Sequence record: PP813861.1
DNA: 64,000 bases
Direction: 5' to 3' (one strand)
Shown here: positions 44,036-52,964 of the stretch, piece after piece
Numbering within the stretch: the stretch's first letter is position 1
Layout: each line of letters begins with the position of its first letter
Made by a program: the position numbers and the translations under genes
Notes under the pieces: model-generated
The model's input: only the letters and a program-made list of their open reading frames with translations
What the model was told of the DNA's origin: nothing
The model's database searches: none

Positions 44036-44102
44036 CAGTGTAACTTCACGGCACAGCTGTTCAAGAGATCCACACCATGGGCGTCTATAATCATTATACA
44101 CT

Positions 44103-44528
44103 TCAGTTATTGGCTGTATATGACCAACATAGATTAAACGGATGTTGCATAGGTAAGTTAAATGTATCTAGTTCCTGACCGATCCAATTGACAGCTTTTG
44201 TAACACCTTCAACAGTTACAGTTAATTCAACATGGATATCATGTTCAGGTGCAGTCACCACAATAGTGATTGGATCATCATGTTTAATACGGAATCCAAA
44301 CTTAGGGTGATGGAATCCCGCATACTCACCTTTAGTATTTTCTAGAATACATTCAAATAGATTAGTTTCTTTATTAAATTTAAATGTAACTAGTTTATCT
44401 GAATCTTTAAGTAAACCATTATCCCCAAATACATTGAACCGATAATGCTTATGGCAGATACCAAGTGTTTTTGGTACATCGTGGGAATTATCGATTTGCT
44501 TAGTACATTCATTACATTTACTATTCAT
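44103..44528 (-). CDS. Hypothetical protein
   Basis: 141 aa, AAGGA SD. Confidence 0.7.
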   Translation of the reverse strand: MNSKCNECTKQIDNSHDVPKTLGICHKHYRFNVFGDNGLLKDSDKLVTFKFNKETNLFECILENTKGEYAGFHHPKFGFRIKHDDPITIVVTAPEHDIHVELTVTVEGVTKAVNWIGQELDTFNLPMQHPFNLCWSYTANN

Positions 44529-44540
44529 CCTTATTTACCT

Positions 44541-44924
44541 TTAATAAATTTGCTTATCAAAAGAGCAATTAATTGGGATAGTGATAACTTCATTAGTAAC
44601 TACATGTTTGCCTGTCTTTTTAAAGAATTGGGCAAATTTTGAAGTAGCTGGAATTACAAAGGTATCATCCCGATCATTATTTGACATATTGTACAGAGTA
44701 AATTTACCGTCTAAATCAAACCTAATTTGCCATTCAATATCACGTACTTTGAAATCTATACCAAACCTTAAGTGATCATCAATCAATTCAGAACCACCGT
44801 ATTCATAAGCTCCGGTGAAATTCCAATTAATTTCTGCGAATTGGAAAGTTACAGGATGTTCGCCATATTCATCTTGTATGTAGTAACCATCATGAGCTTT
44901 CCAATAGATGACTAAATCATGCAT
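44541..44924 (-). CDS. Hypothetical protein
   Basis: 127 aa, GAGG SD. Confidence 0.7.
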   Translation of the reverse strand: MHDLVIYWKAHDGYYIQDEYGEHPVTFQFAEINWNFTGAYEYGGSELIDDHLRFGIDFKVRDIEWQIRFDLDGKFTLYNMSNNDRDDTFVIPATSKFAQFFKKTGKHVVTNEVITIPINCSFDKQIY

Positions 44925-44943
44925 GCTACCAGCCTCAAAGAAA

Positions 44944-44970
44944 TAATAGGGGAGTCTAACTCCCCTATTA
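44944..44970 (-). terminator. Hairpin after the nvRNAP beta-prime gene
   Basis: TAATAGGGGAG-TCTAA-CTCCCCTATTA. Confidence 0.7.
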
Positions 44971-44972
44971 AT

Positions 44973-45194
44973 TTATTTTGCTTTTAGCCATTCTTCTAAT
45001 GGCGGTAAATACTTCTCATGTGCCCAGTTAATAATTGTTTCTACAACAGGACCCTGTAATTCAAGGTTACCTGAGATTTCATGTGGTTCATCAATAGATA
45101 GAACCCATGTATGTGGAGCAATGCGTTCAGTTGCTTTAGTTAAATACACATCAGGCATTAACGTAAGATTCAATTGATCGCCGTCAAAATCAGC
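44973..45194 (-). CDS. Non-virion RNAP catalytic beta-prime subunit, exon 2 (gp56.1)
   Basis: Starts ADFDGDQLNLTLMP directly after the intron terminal G; the track ORF is truncated at 45173. Confidence 0.92.
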   Translation of the reverse strand, partial: ADFDGDQLNLTLMPDVYLTKATERIAPHTWVLSIDEPHEISGNLELQGPVVETIINWAHEKYLPPLEEWLKAK

Positions 45195-46570
45195 CGTTAT
45201 GTTCGGTATCAGTCGTTAATTGATACCCGCACCATTACGTGCAGCTCTAGCTCTCGCTAGAAGACCAGACTATATCTTCACCCTTCCTCTCGGAGTGGGG
45301 TGTCTCCCATTTCGGATCACTTGATCCTACATCCTATTTCTAGGACCGGCGCACCTGGTGCCGTAATAGTCGTTGAACGTTCCACATATTACAATTAAGT
45401 AATTTAGCGGCTTCGCTGCTGATTGTCTCTACCTAATCATTTTCAAACATTCGCACTTACTGTTTCCAGTTATGCTGTAGTTGATTAGTCTAATGAGAGT
45501 TTCCAGCAATTAGAGAGAACTCAACCCAATGATTACTCATTGGGGGAACTAGACTTGATTAACTTAATAAGGTATTTATCAAGCACCCCATTCTTTTCAA
45601 AGATTGCTCTTCGAATAGTATTCGGATGCTTAATACCGACATCTCTTGCAAAGTGTGGAATACTTGGATACACTTTGGTAGTGTTCAAGATGGTGTCAGT
45701 TACTTCAATTGGAGTGCCTTTTCCATTACTAGGTTTTCCAAATGAGGCTTCAATTTCTTTCTGAGTATATTTAGGGAAATCTTCAGGATTAGCAGTATAT
45801 GAGAATACCAGACCATCCATGATTTCCTTACTACCTCTAACTAGATGGTAATAGGCTTTATTACGTTTAGTACCTAGTGCAAGTTCCATTTCTGCTAAGT
45901 TATGAAACACATGTAATGTCTTAGTCTTATAGTCTAAAACATAAACTGTCTTGGTACTTTCACGATCAGCAATCTTAGTCTCACCGGTAATAAATTCAAA
46001 TGTGAATCTATTTCTATACGGCTTAGTCTTATGGTCACGTATAATAACCCAAACCGTATTTTTATTAACTCCTAATGCCCGAGCAAGTTCATTCATCGAG
46101 TAATAAGTAGTCTTTTCACCAGTGGTAACATCAGTTGCAATTACCCGTCTATTTTCTTTTCTTAATCCATTTTTGTAAGCATGCTCAATGTTTTCACCAC
46201 GAGTCATCCATTCCAAATTGGATGGTAAGTTATTATGTTTGTTGCCGTCTTTATGATTGACTTCATATGTTGGTCCAGGAGATGGACCATGGAATGCAGT
46301 ACAAATTAGAATATGCGCTCCCTTACTTTTTGATGTCTTTTCATCATTTTTTGCACCGATATTGAGATATGTCCCAATTGATGTTTTAGTAAGGAAGAAA
46401 TTACATATTCTATTTAACCGCTTATGACGAATTGTTCCTAGGTTACTAGCCTCATAAGCTGAGTATCCAGGAATATCTCGCCATTCAATTTTAAATGAAG
46501 CCGGATCAAAGACGGACACTACTCCGTTTTGTTCCATTGTCTTTTACCTTATTTGGTTATTCAATTGTCC
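45195..46570 (-). mobile_element. Group I intron with homing endonuclease splitting the NADFDGD catalytic motif
   Basis: P, Q, R and S elements at 45503-45512, 45410-45429, 45366-45382 and 45262-45278; exon U and terminal G; splicing gives KAPN|ADFDGD. Confidence 0.93.
45533..46537 (-). CDS. Intron-encoded HNH homing endonuclease, gp56-like
   Basis: WRDIPGYSAYEASNLG (NUMOD4), NHKDGNKHNN..NLEW (HNH) and three NUMOD1-like HTH repeats. Confidence 0.9.
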   Translation of the reverse strand: MEQNGVVSVFDPASFKIEWRDIPGYSAYEASNLGTIRHKRLNRICNFFLTKTSIGTYLNIGAKNDEKTSKSKGAHILICTAFHGPSPGPTYEVNHKDGNKHNNLPSNLEWMTRGENIEHAYKNGLRKENRRVIATDVTTGEKTTYYSMNELARALGVNKNTVWVIIRDHKTKPYRNRFTFEFITGETKIADRESTKTVYVLDYKTKTLHVFHNLAEMELALGTKRNKAYYHLVRGSKEIMDGLVFSYTANPEDFPKYTQKEIEASFGKPSNGKGTPIEVTDTILNTTKVYPSIPHFARDVGIKHPNTIRRAIFEKNGVLDKYLIKLIKSSSPNE

Positions 46571-47815
46571 ATTAGGCGCTTTAAGGCATAAAACTGACAT
46601 GCTGATAGAATTATCATTAATGTCATCTTTTACTTTAGTAATAAAGAATTGCTGCGTAGATCCACGTTGAAGCGTTGGATTTCGGTGAAAAGTACAACCC
46701 ATCCCTTTATAAGGGGCTGCTTCTGCAATTAGCTCTTTAAATAGATCTGCAATGATTTGGTTATATTGAAGTACATTCTCATATACAAATGAGAATGCTT
46801 CACGAGTTGTCATGTTAAACTTTGCTTTTAGTTTATTGGTTAGATGATACTTTAATAATTGACAACCTACCCCCCAAGGGATATGTAGTTCATCATAATC
46901 ATGCGGGTCACTAATAGAAGTGATTACTGCACGTGCCGTAGCGTTGAGACGAGCACCAAACATGTGACGCCGAGCAAGACCAGGCTTTTGAGCAATTCGT
47001 GATTTTGCGTAGATCTCGTAGAACTGGCCATATAGTCTTAGTCCTCGCATAGTCCTATTCTGAGCTTTAATTGGACTAAGTGGTACAGATGATGCATCAA
47101 TACTAGCGAAGGTTAAGGTAGCATCAATTGCTGCTTCAATTGGTTTATCTAAGTAAGTACCAGATGTGGTTGATTCTGCTACGAAACAGAGTTTAGAAGG
47201 AACTGGTAAATATTTAGGGAATAACTTATCTTTATTCTGAGCAACGAATTGAGCGAATTCGGATTTATTATTAGAGATAATATTTGCATCTAGTAGGAAT
47301 TGGAAGATCTCATTGAAATTATCAATGAAGTGATTTAATCCTCTTTCAAATCCTCGATGCAGTAGCCTATCTACTTTCCTGCGTGTTTCCTTAGAACCAA
47401 TAGATTCTACATCGTATCGATAAGAAGTATCAGTTAGATATGCTAAGAAATCGAATTCTTTAGTTACTAGATATCCGGTTAGCATAATGATTAAACGTGG
47501 GTTAATTAGGCTACGTACATGTTTTGGTGTACGAACCCACATTGATGGTTCGATAGGGCGGCTAGAAGTATTGACAACTGGAGTATTACAAATATCACAG
47601 ATTACTCCGAGTTTATGTGCGTCTTCGATTGCTCGACAATCACAGCTTACACTACTTTCAATTGCTTCTGAATCTTGGAAATGAGAATAGAAATGTCTAT
47701 CAAATTCTTCTTTCTCATCTGAGTTACTCGTATTGTAATCATTGGCATAAATTCGTTTACCCGTAAATTGATCATGAACTTCATTATGATCAACAACTTT
47801 GGCATAAAGACCCAT
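46571..47815 (-). CDS. Non-virion RNAP beta-prime N-terminal subunit, exon 1 (gp55)
   Basis: Zn finger CDC...CDIC, KPGLARRHMFGAR, ARAVI, RNPTL...KAPN. Confidence 0.92.
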
Positions 47816-47840
47816 ACCAAACTCCTATTTATCGATTAAC

Positions 47841-47883
47841 AAAAAAAGGAGATATAAGCGGCCCCCGAAGGAGCCGCTATATC
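47841..47883 (-). terminator. Intrinsic terminator closing the chmA plus ncRNA unit
   Basis: GATATAGCGGCTCC-TTCG-GGGGCCGCTTATATC followed by a T7 tract on the minus strand. Confidence 0.85.
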
Positions 47884-47885
47884 AG

Positions 47886-48209
47886 TTTTTACAATGGACC
47901 ACCAACGGAGCCTGGCCCGAACCTAGCGTCATCTACAAAGCTTAACCTCCGCTCTTCTCTGTAGCACATTGGCACTAGTCTCATTTACCATCCATTGTAG
48001 TTTTTGATCACACGTCACCTTTTGAGTAACTCCTTTCGGTTAAGTGATCTATCATCCTCGTGTAGTGATAGGTCGACCTAGACTAAGTCCACTAGTCGAT
48101 TACTTCACGGAACCTACTCCTAACCATTATCACCGAAGTGAACCAGGGTCGCAGTATTAGAATCGGGATGTTACTTATTTAACATCCCTATCTACCGAGG
48201 TATTTCCTA
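47886..48209 (-). ncRNA. Candidate structured non-coding RNA (or structured 3' UTR) downstream of chmA
   Basis: At least 8 helices, one GAAA-capped stem and a 7-bp pseudoknot; G-U wobbles favour the minus strand; no credible ORF. Confidence 0.65.
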
Positions 48210-50090
48210 TTAGTACCAGGTACCCGGTGCATTATAGGAAGGAGCGCCGTAAGTTTGACCCATGCTGCCAGCCATGCCAACTTGTGCACTACCAGAAACA
48301 GCCATGTTACCCATACCGGTGTAACCAGCGAAGCGCTGTTGACCGAAGTTGGTAATTAGGTTTTCCATGGTTACAGTTACACCAGCTGCTGCTGCTGCGG
48401 CATCCATTGCGGTGATGAATTTCGGGTTAAAGGTTAGACGACGAGCACGACCAGTATAGGTAACGTTACCTAGGTACATCTTGTCGAAGCCTTTACTGTT
48501 ATTCATACGACGCACAATGTGGTCATTACCTACCTGAGTAGCATACCAGGTCTTCCACTCTTGGTCATTACCTTCAGACATGTTCATGGCACCTAGAACG
48601 TCGAGATCACGACGGTCGCTTAGTTCACCATGCTCATCAGTGTAGTGACCGAGGTCTACTTCATGATGGTTGTCAAAGATAATCGGACCAGCTTCAGCTA
48701 GATTATAGAACTGACGGAAATCAGTGCCGTATAGGTTAGTTAGAGCTTGGAAGATCAGACTAACTGCACGAGCTTGGTTTACGCCACCAGCTGCATCTAG
48801 GACGACTTGCTCAATAGCTGAGTTGTCTCCCATTGGATCGACATCGATCTGGAATGCAGGGTTCTGGTTAACCATCTTGTTCATTAGCATTACGAAGTTG
48901 CTGTCGTCTGCCATGAATGCTTCGGTGCGAGTTTCAATCGCTTTACCTAGCTCTGAGTAATAACCAAGTGCACCAATATCACGCATCTTACTAGTAGCGA
49001 TCTTCGGCATTAGAGTACGAGCCCATGCCTGAGATGCAGTTGCACGATACGCGTTACCAAGCGCGAACAGCCACATTTCTAGAGTCCATGCTTGGATCCA
49101 GGACGCCTTACGAACGTCAGTAATAACGATGTAAGGAGTGAACTGCGGAGGTAGAACTGCACCAGGTAGAGTTACGCCAAACATGCCTTGTTGCTGGCCA
49201 GTGGTCGGAGTCCAATGTAGATCTACGAATAGACTAACTTGGTTTAGCTGGCTATCGGTATCATAGAACTCGTTCTCAGGTACGTTGGTTTTCTTACCAC
49301 GGCTAGTGGAGATGACCAGGTCAGAACGGATCGGATTACCACAGCTATCTTTAACCGGAATACCATTGTAGTCTAGATTGCAGGTAAGCTGTTCGTTTTC
49401 TGCTTTGATGTGGGTCGCAATAGAGAACGGAGTCTCATTGTTACGACGCGCAATAGCATCTTCACAGATATTAACGGATTCAACTAGTAGGTTCTTAACA
49501 GCTAGTTCATCTTTGAAGTCGAAGTCAGCATACACTGCACGTGGACCGGCAGATAGTACTTCTAGACCAGGGATGTTGTAACGGTTCCGTAGGAACTCGC
49601 CGATCTTGCTCCAGTATTGAGCAGTGAATACATCACGCGGTAGTACCTTCTCTTCAATGATGTCATCAGTTAGACCATTGTTGATTTTGTGGGTACGGGG
49701 ACGGATGCGAGTACCAGGTAGGTTATCGAGTACTAGAGTACGAACGAATGCCTTCATGGAACCATTGATATCTTTAGCTAGTTTAACAATGAGTAGACCA
49801 GCCATACCCACTTGTTGTGCATCGCGATCGAAACGATGGATATCGAAGTCATCAGGTAGGTCCTGATGGCGGATTGCTTCTTCTTTTACTTTAGTGAATA
49901 CTTGTAGGGCATCTGCTGAACGAGCATCAGAGCCATCTAGCCGACCAGAGCGACGCATTAGATGGTTAATGCCAGTAGTGGACCCAGGTGCGCCAGCCGG
50001 ACGTTGAGCTTGACGTTGTGCAGTGGGTTGCGGAGCCGGAGCGGTAGCTTGAGTTTGAACGGTGCCGATTTCGTTTTCGTTAACAGCCAT
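48210..50090 (-). CDS. chmA: Chimallin, the major phage nuclear shell protein (gp54)
   Basis: 626 aa with a disordered Q/A/P N-terminus and ChmA-like C-terminal tail; highly biased codon use; directly upstream of gp55. Confidence 0.92.
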   Translation of the reverse strand: MAVNENEIGTVQTQATAPAPQPTAQRQAQRPAGAPGSTTGINHLMRRSGRLDGSDARSADALQVFTKVKEEAIRHQDLPDDFDIHRFDRDAQQVGMAGLLIVKLAKDINGSMKAFVRTLVLDNLPGTRIRPRTHKINNGLTDDIIEEKVLPRDVFTAQYWSKIGEFLRNRYNIPGLEVLSAGPRAVYADFDFKDELAVKNLLVESVNICEDAIARRNNETPFSIATHIKAENEQLTCNLDYNGIPVKDSCGNPIRSDLVISTSRGKKTNVPENEFYDTDSQLNQVSLFVDLHWTPTTGQQQGMFGVTLPGAVLPPQFTPYIVITDVRKASWIQAWTLEMWLFALGNAYRATASQAWARTLMPKIATSKMRDIGALGYYSELGKAIETRTEAFMADDSNFVMLMNKMVNQNPAFQIDVDPMGDNSAIEQVVLDAAGGVNQARAVSLIFQALTNLYGTDFRQFYNLAEAGPIIFDNHHEVDLGHYTDEHGELSDRRDLDVLGAMNMSEGNDQEWKTWYATQVGNDHIVRRMNNSKGFDKMYLGNVTYTGRARRLTFNPKFITAMDAAAAAAGVTVTMENLITNFGQQRFAGYTGMGNMAVSGSAQVGMAGSMGQTYGAPSYNAPGTWY

Positions 50091-50162
50091 TTTAAATACC
50101 TTTACGATTATGGTTTCTTGATCAAGAAGAACCTAAGTACTTAGTATACTAGATTCAATTTA

Positions 50163-50186
50163 GTAATATAAATCTCAAATTTTTTT
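50163..50186 (-). promoter_or_regulatory. Early promoter of chmA
   Basis: AAAAAAATTTGAGATTTATATTAC about 70 nt upstream of the ATG. Confidence 0.8.
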
Positions 50187-50401
50187 CATTACAACATAGA
50201 CGCTATAATCTGCTATCAGCAGATCGTAACGAACACTATGTTCACTACATATTATTACAATCTGAGTATTATTTATTTTTCATCTTACAATTTCCATATC
50301 TTCTTTTTTGAGTTTATGGGTATAAAGTTTGAATCCAGAAACTAATTTACGTCAGTCCTGTATTAAATAATAACTATCAGTATTTTTATAAAATGCAGTT
50401 A

Positions 50402-50767
50402 TCATTTACTTCGCATATACTTACGAACTGTTCCAAAAAGAGAATGATACAGTTTGTATAGTTTACTAACTGGATCAACTTTATTATTATCAGTTGTATC
50501 AAATTTAGCAATAAATGGTGAATGTGCCGAAGCAGATGTTTCATTTACTTTAACTACACTACCAAATCGATATGCGACTAATACCTTTATTAATTCCTCA
50601 TGGAGTTTAGTAGCAGTTGCTAATGGATTGGGATCATTAGGATCTATCTTAACCCTACGCTCGACATTGAAAAAGTTTACTACAATTTCTTTGCTAGTCA
50701 TGTATACAGTAAGATCTTTGTTATTACCTAAATATAGTGGCGGATCTTCAACATTATTTTTAGCCAT
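50402..50767 (-). CDS. Hypothetical protein, gp53-like
   Basis: 121 aa, AGGAA SD, early promoter upstream. Confidence 0.7.
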   Translation of the reverse strand: MAKNNVEDPPLYLGNNKDLTVYMTSKEIVVNFFNVERRVKIDPNDPNPLATATKLHEELIKVLVAYRFGSVVKVNETSASAHSPFIAKFDTTDNNKVDPVSKLYKLYHSLFGTVRKYMRSK

Positions 50768-50808
50768 TGTATATTCCTATTTGTAATTACTACTGTTGTT
50801 ACCAAACT

Positions 50809-50833
50809 ATGATATAGATCTCAATTAATTTTT
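50809..50833 (-). promoter_or_regulatory. Early-type promoter
   Basis: AAAAATTAATTGAGATCTATATCAT. Confidence 0.7.
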
Positions 50834-50848
50834 AATCGGATAATAACC

Positions 50849-51940
50849 ATGTATAATTTATTTAAGAATGCTCCGTCACGTAAATTGGGGCAGGTGGTTG
50901 ATCCTAACATCCATTATATCCGACGAATCTACGCTGAGCAAATTAGGGACGTTAAAAGTTATTATAGACGGGCACCGAAGTATGTTGAATCTAAAAACAT
51001 ATTAGCACAAATGATTCGACATTTTAACGTAGAGTTACTAAGTGATGATGCTACTTTTATAAAGAACGTGGACGATCGTTCACGTGCTATTATTCGTTCA
51101 TTTGGTATTACATCATCTTTAAATAAAGGTAAGGTTCATGTAGGTGGTGTTACACTTGGTCCTCAAACTGAAGAAGTTCTAGTATCCACATCAGAGAGCT
51201 TTGATCTAAAAGATCTAAATAAAACATGGTATAAACTTTCCCCTGTTACGTATCTGTATCATACACGTACTGATACTAATTTACCTATCATGAACAATAC
51301 CACACAGGGTAGAGGCTATGGTGTAACTCTAGTAAATATACCAATGCTTCTTGTGATGTACCGTTACTGGTATCGATGGCAAGTTGAGAAGAATCCTGAT
51401 GAAGTAGAAGACACTTATAGGTTTATAGGATCATTTGTATTGCCAAATATGGTTGACTCTTATTTAGATATTTCTTTCTTTAATAGGTTAGCAAGGAATG
51501 CTTTAGATATTAAAAATCCAACATTCCCTATACCGCATCCATTTTACATCACTGATATGAATCCACGTATTGATAAACTATGTACAACTATCAATAGAGA
51601 ATCCATATTAAAAGGTGTAGACATGGAAGGTTTATCATGGATAACACCAGCTATCGTACAATCTAATTTGTTCGATATGATGCGGCTCCCACGAGAACCT
51701 ATTAACAGGAATAATGAATGGGCTTATGTATTGGCTCGCACACCCTTCATTAAGTATCTTGTAGGGCAGCTTTTAAAGAATACTGGTTATGATCAATCTT
51801 CTGTTAACACTGTATTAATTGATCTTATAGAAGCATCTAATGATCAAGCATTTAAGCAACAAGCAAATAGTGAGTTTGTAAAAGCTCAACAGGCACAAGT
51901 TGATTGGATGATAGATGCACTTAAAAGAAAAGAAATGTGA
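50849..51940 (+). CDS. Conserved virion-associated protein, gp52-like
   Basis: 363 aa; synteny between the polymerase and chmA. Confidence 0.7.
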   Translation: MYNLFKNAPSRKLGQVVDPNIHYIRRIYAEQIRDVKSYYRRAPKYVESKNILAQMIRHFNVELLSDDATFIKNVDDRSRAIIRSFGITSSLNKGKVHVGGVTLGPQTEEVLVSTSESFDLKDLNKTWYKLSPVTYLYHTRTDTNLPIMNNTTQGRGYGVTLVNIPMLLVMYRYWYRWQVEKNPDEVEDTYRFIGSFVLPNMVDSYLDISFFNRLARNALDIKNPTFPIPHPFYITDMNPRIDKLCTTINRESILKGVDMEGLSWITPAIVQSNLFDMMRLPREPINRNNEWAYVLARTPFIKYLVGQLLKNTGYDQSSVNTVLIDLIEASNDQAFKQQANSEFVKAQQAQVDWMIDALKRKEM

Positions 51941-51975
51941 CATAAACCCCCTCCTAAATTGGAGGGGGTTATATG
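51941..51975. terminator. Bidirectional hairpin
   Basis: CATA-AACCCCCTCC-TAAATT-GGAGGGGGTT-ATATG. Confidence 0.75.
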
Positions 51976-51983
51976 CCGTTTTA

Positions 51984-52706
51984 TTAGAAATTACCTTTCT
52001 TCATTTTAGAAAGTAATTTTCTACGTTCAGCTCGGTTAATTCCTGGGATAGCTGGTAATAGCATTTTATTACTAAACTTACCTGGCTTGCGGTCATGATT
52101 TAGTAATTGATCAACTACAGCTTGGTCACTGCTTTTAACTCCATTATCCATTTCATCTAATGGGTCCATAATAGCTTTAGCAGTCAATCTTAGATGAGTA
52201 ACTAGTTCATCAAATGAACTATCGGTATTAATAAGTTGTTTATCAACACCTTCTTTAAGAGCTTGTTTAATAGTTACGTCTTTTACCAGGATATTATCAC
52301 ATTCCCAAAGAGTTGTATGATGGGTATTTAACATTAATTCAAGTGAGACATTATTGTAATCGTTGTCAGCACTTGAGTGCCAATTGAATTCATCAATATA
52401 GTCATTTAGACTCATTAACTTTGGTGGTTCGTTACTAGAGGTAATTAAACCAATTGGTTGAACATCATCTAGTGAACTTTTATCACTAGTAATTGCAGTT
52501 GTTTCAGTAGTAACATCAACTTCTTTTAATTCGTTGGTATAAGTTACATATACTAATTCTTCACTACCGTCATCCAAAAGAACATAGGCTGTTGCTTTGG
52601 TGGAATCATCAGGTGCTAATCCATGGATCCTAATACGATTATCATTTACTAATTTACTATAATCATTCCAGGTAATTACGCGGACTTCTTTATTCTCTTT
52701 CATCAT
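51984..52706 (-). CDS. Hypothetical protein
   Basis: 240 aa, acidic, with a basic NRAERR tail. Confidence 0.7.
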   Translation of the reverse strand: MMKENKEVRVITWNDYSKLVNDNRIRIHGLAPDDSTKATAYVLLDDGSEELVYVTYTNELKEVDVTTETTAITSDKSSLDDVQPIGLITSSNEPPKLMSLNDYIDEFNWHSSADNDYNNVSLELMLNTHHTTLWECDNILVKDVTIKQALKEGVDKQLINTDSSFDELVTHLRLTAKAIMDPLDEMDNGVKSSDQAVVDQLLNHDRKPGKFSNKMLLPAIPGINRAERRKLLSKMKKGNF

Positions 52707-52866
52707 TAGTTACCTCTTTTAATTTGTCTTTAATATAACTTCGGATAAATGCTCGTTTTTCTTCACGAGTTAACCCAGGTGGAGCGGTTGGTAATGTGAT
52801 AGTACCACTGTTAATTGCCTTCTTCATCCGATCTAAGTCAAAATTAAATTCGGTATGATTTGTCAT
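52690..52866 (-). CDS. Small early protein (start MTNHTEF)
   Basis: DLDRMKKAINSG...PGLTREEKRAFI; promoter upstream. Confidence 0.6.
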   Translation of the reverse strand: MTNHTEFNFDLDRMKKAINSGTITLPTAPPGLTREEKRAFIRSYIKDKLKEVTNDERE

Positions 52867-52902
52867 TATATTGAACCATATTAAGTTAGTAATTGGCAAT
52901 CA

Positions 52903-52927
52903 GACTATATAAATCTTAATTATTTTT
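52903..52927 (-). promoter_or_regulatory. Early-type promoter variant
   Basis: AAAAATAATTAAGATTTATATAGTC. Confidence 0.55.
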
Positions 52928-52932
52928 TAGTA

Positions 52933-52960
52933 TATAAGCCTCCCACTAGGGGAGGCTATA
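52933..52960 (-). terminator. Hairpin after the DNA polymerase gene
   Basis: AGCCTCCC-ACTAG-GGGAGGCT core, followed on the minus strand by the AT-rich promoter. Confidence 0.65.
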
Positions 52961-52964
52961 TTTC

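Larger units (their letters stand above)
43685..44151. repeat. 101-bp ungapped direct repeat (43685-43785 and 44051-44151), 80/101 identical
   Basis: Manual alignment; both copies read MQHPFNLCW......* then MI[VI]DAHGVDLL on the minus strand. Confidence 0.9.

Noticed and set aside
44035-44094. 19-aa ORF MIIDAHGVDLLNSCAVKLH as an independent gene
   Set aside because: It is the truncated duplicate of the gp59 start within the direct repeat, a relic rather than a supported gene.
46544-46570. C-terminus GQLNNQIR of the gp55 ORF, and the final N of the gp71 ORF (31340-31345)
   Set aside because: These are read-through into intron sequence, not part of the mature proteins.
47928-47990. 20-codon ORF (MVNETSANVLQRRAEVKLCR) and SAM-I-like words (AAGAG, GGAGG, GUGCCAAU) inside the chmA-downstream element
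   Set aside because: The ORF has no SD. The SAM-I words are in the wrong order and the SAM-binding AUC/GAU core is absent. The element also lies 3' of a gene, before a terminator.
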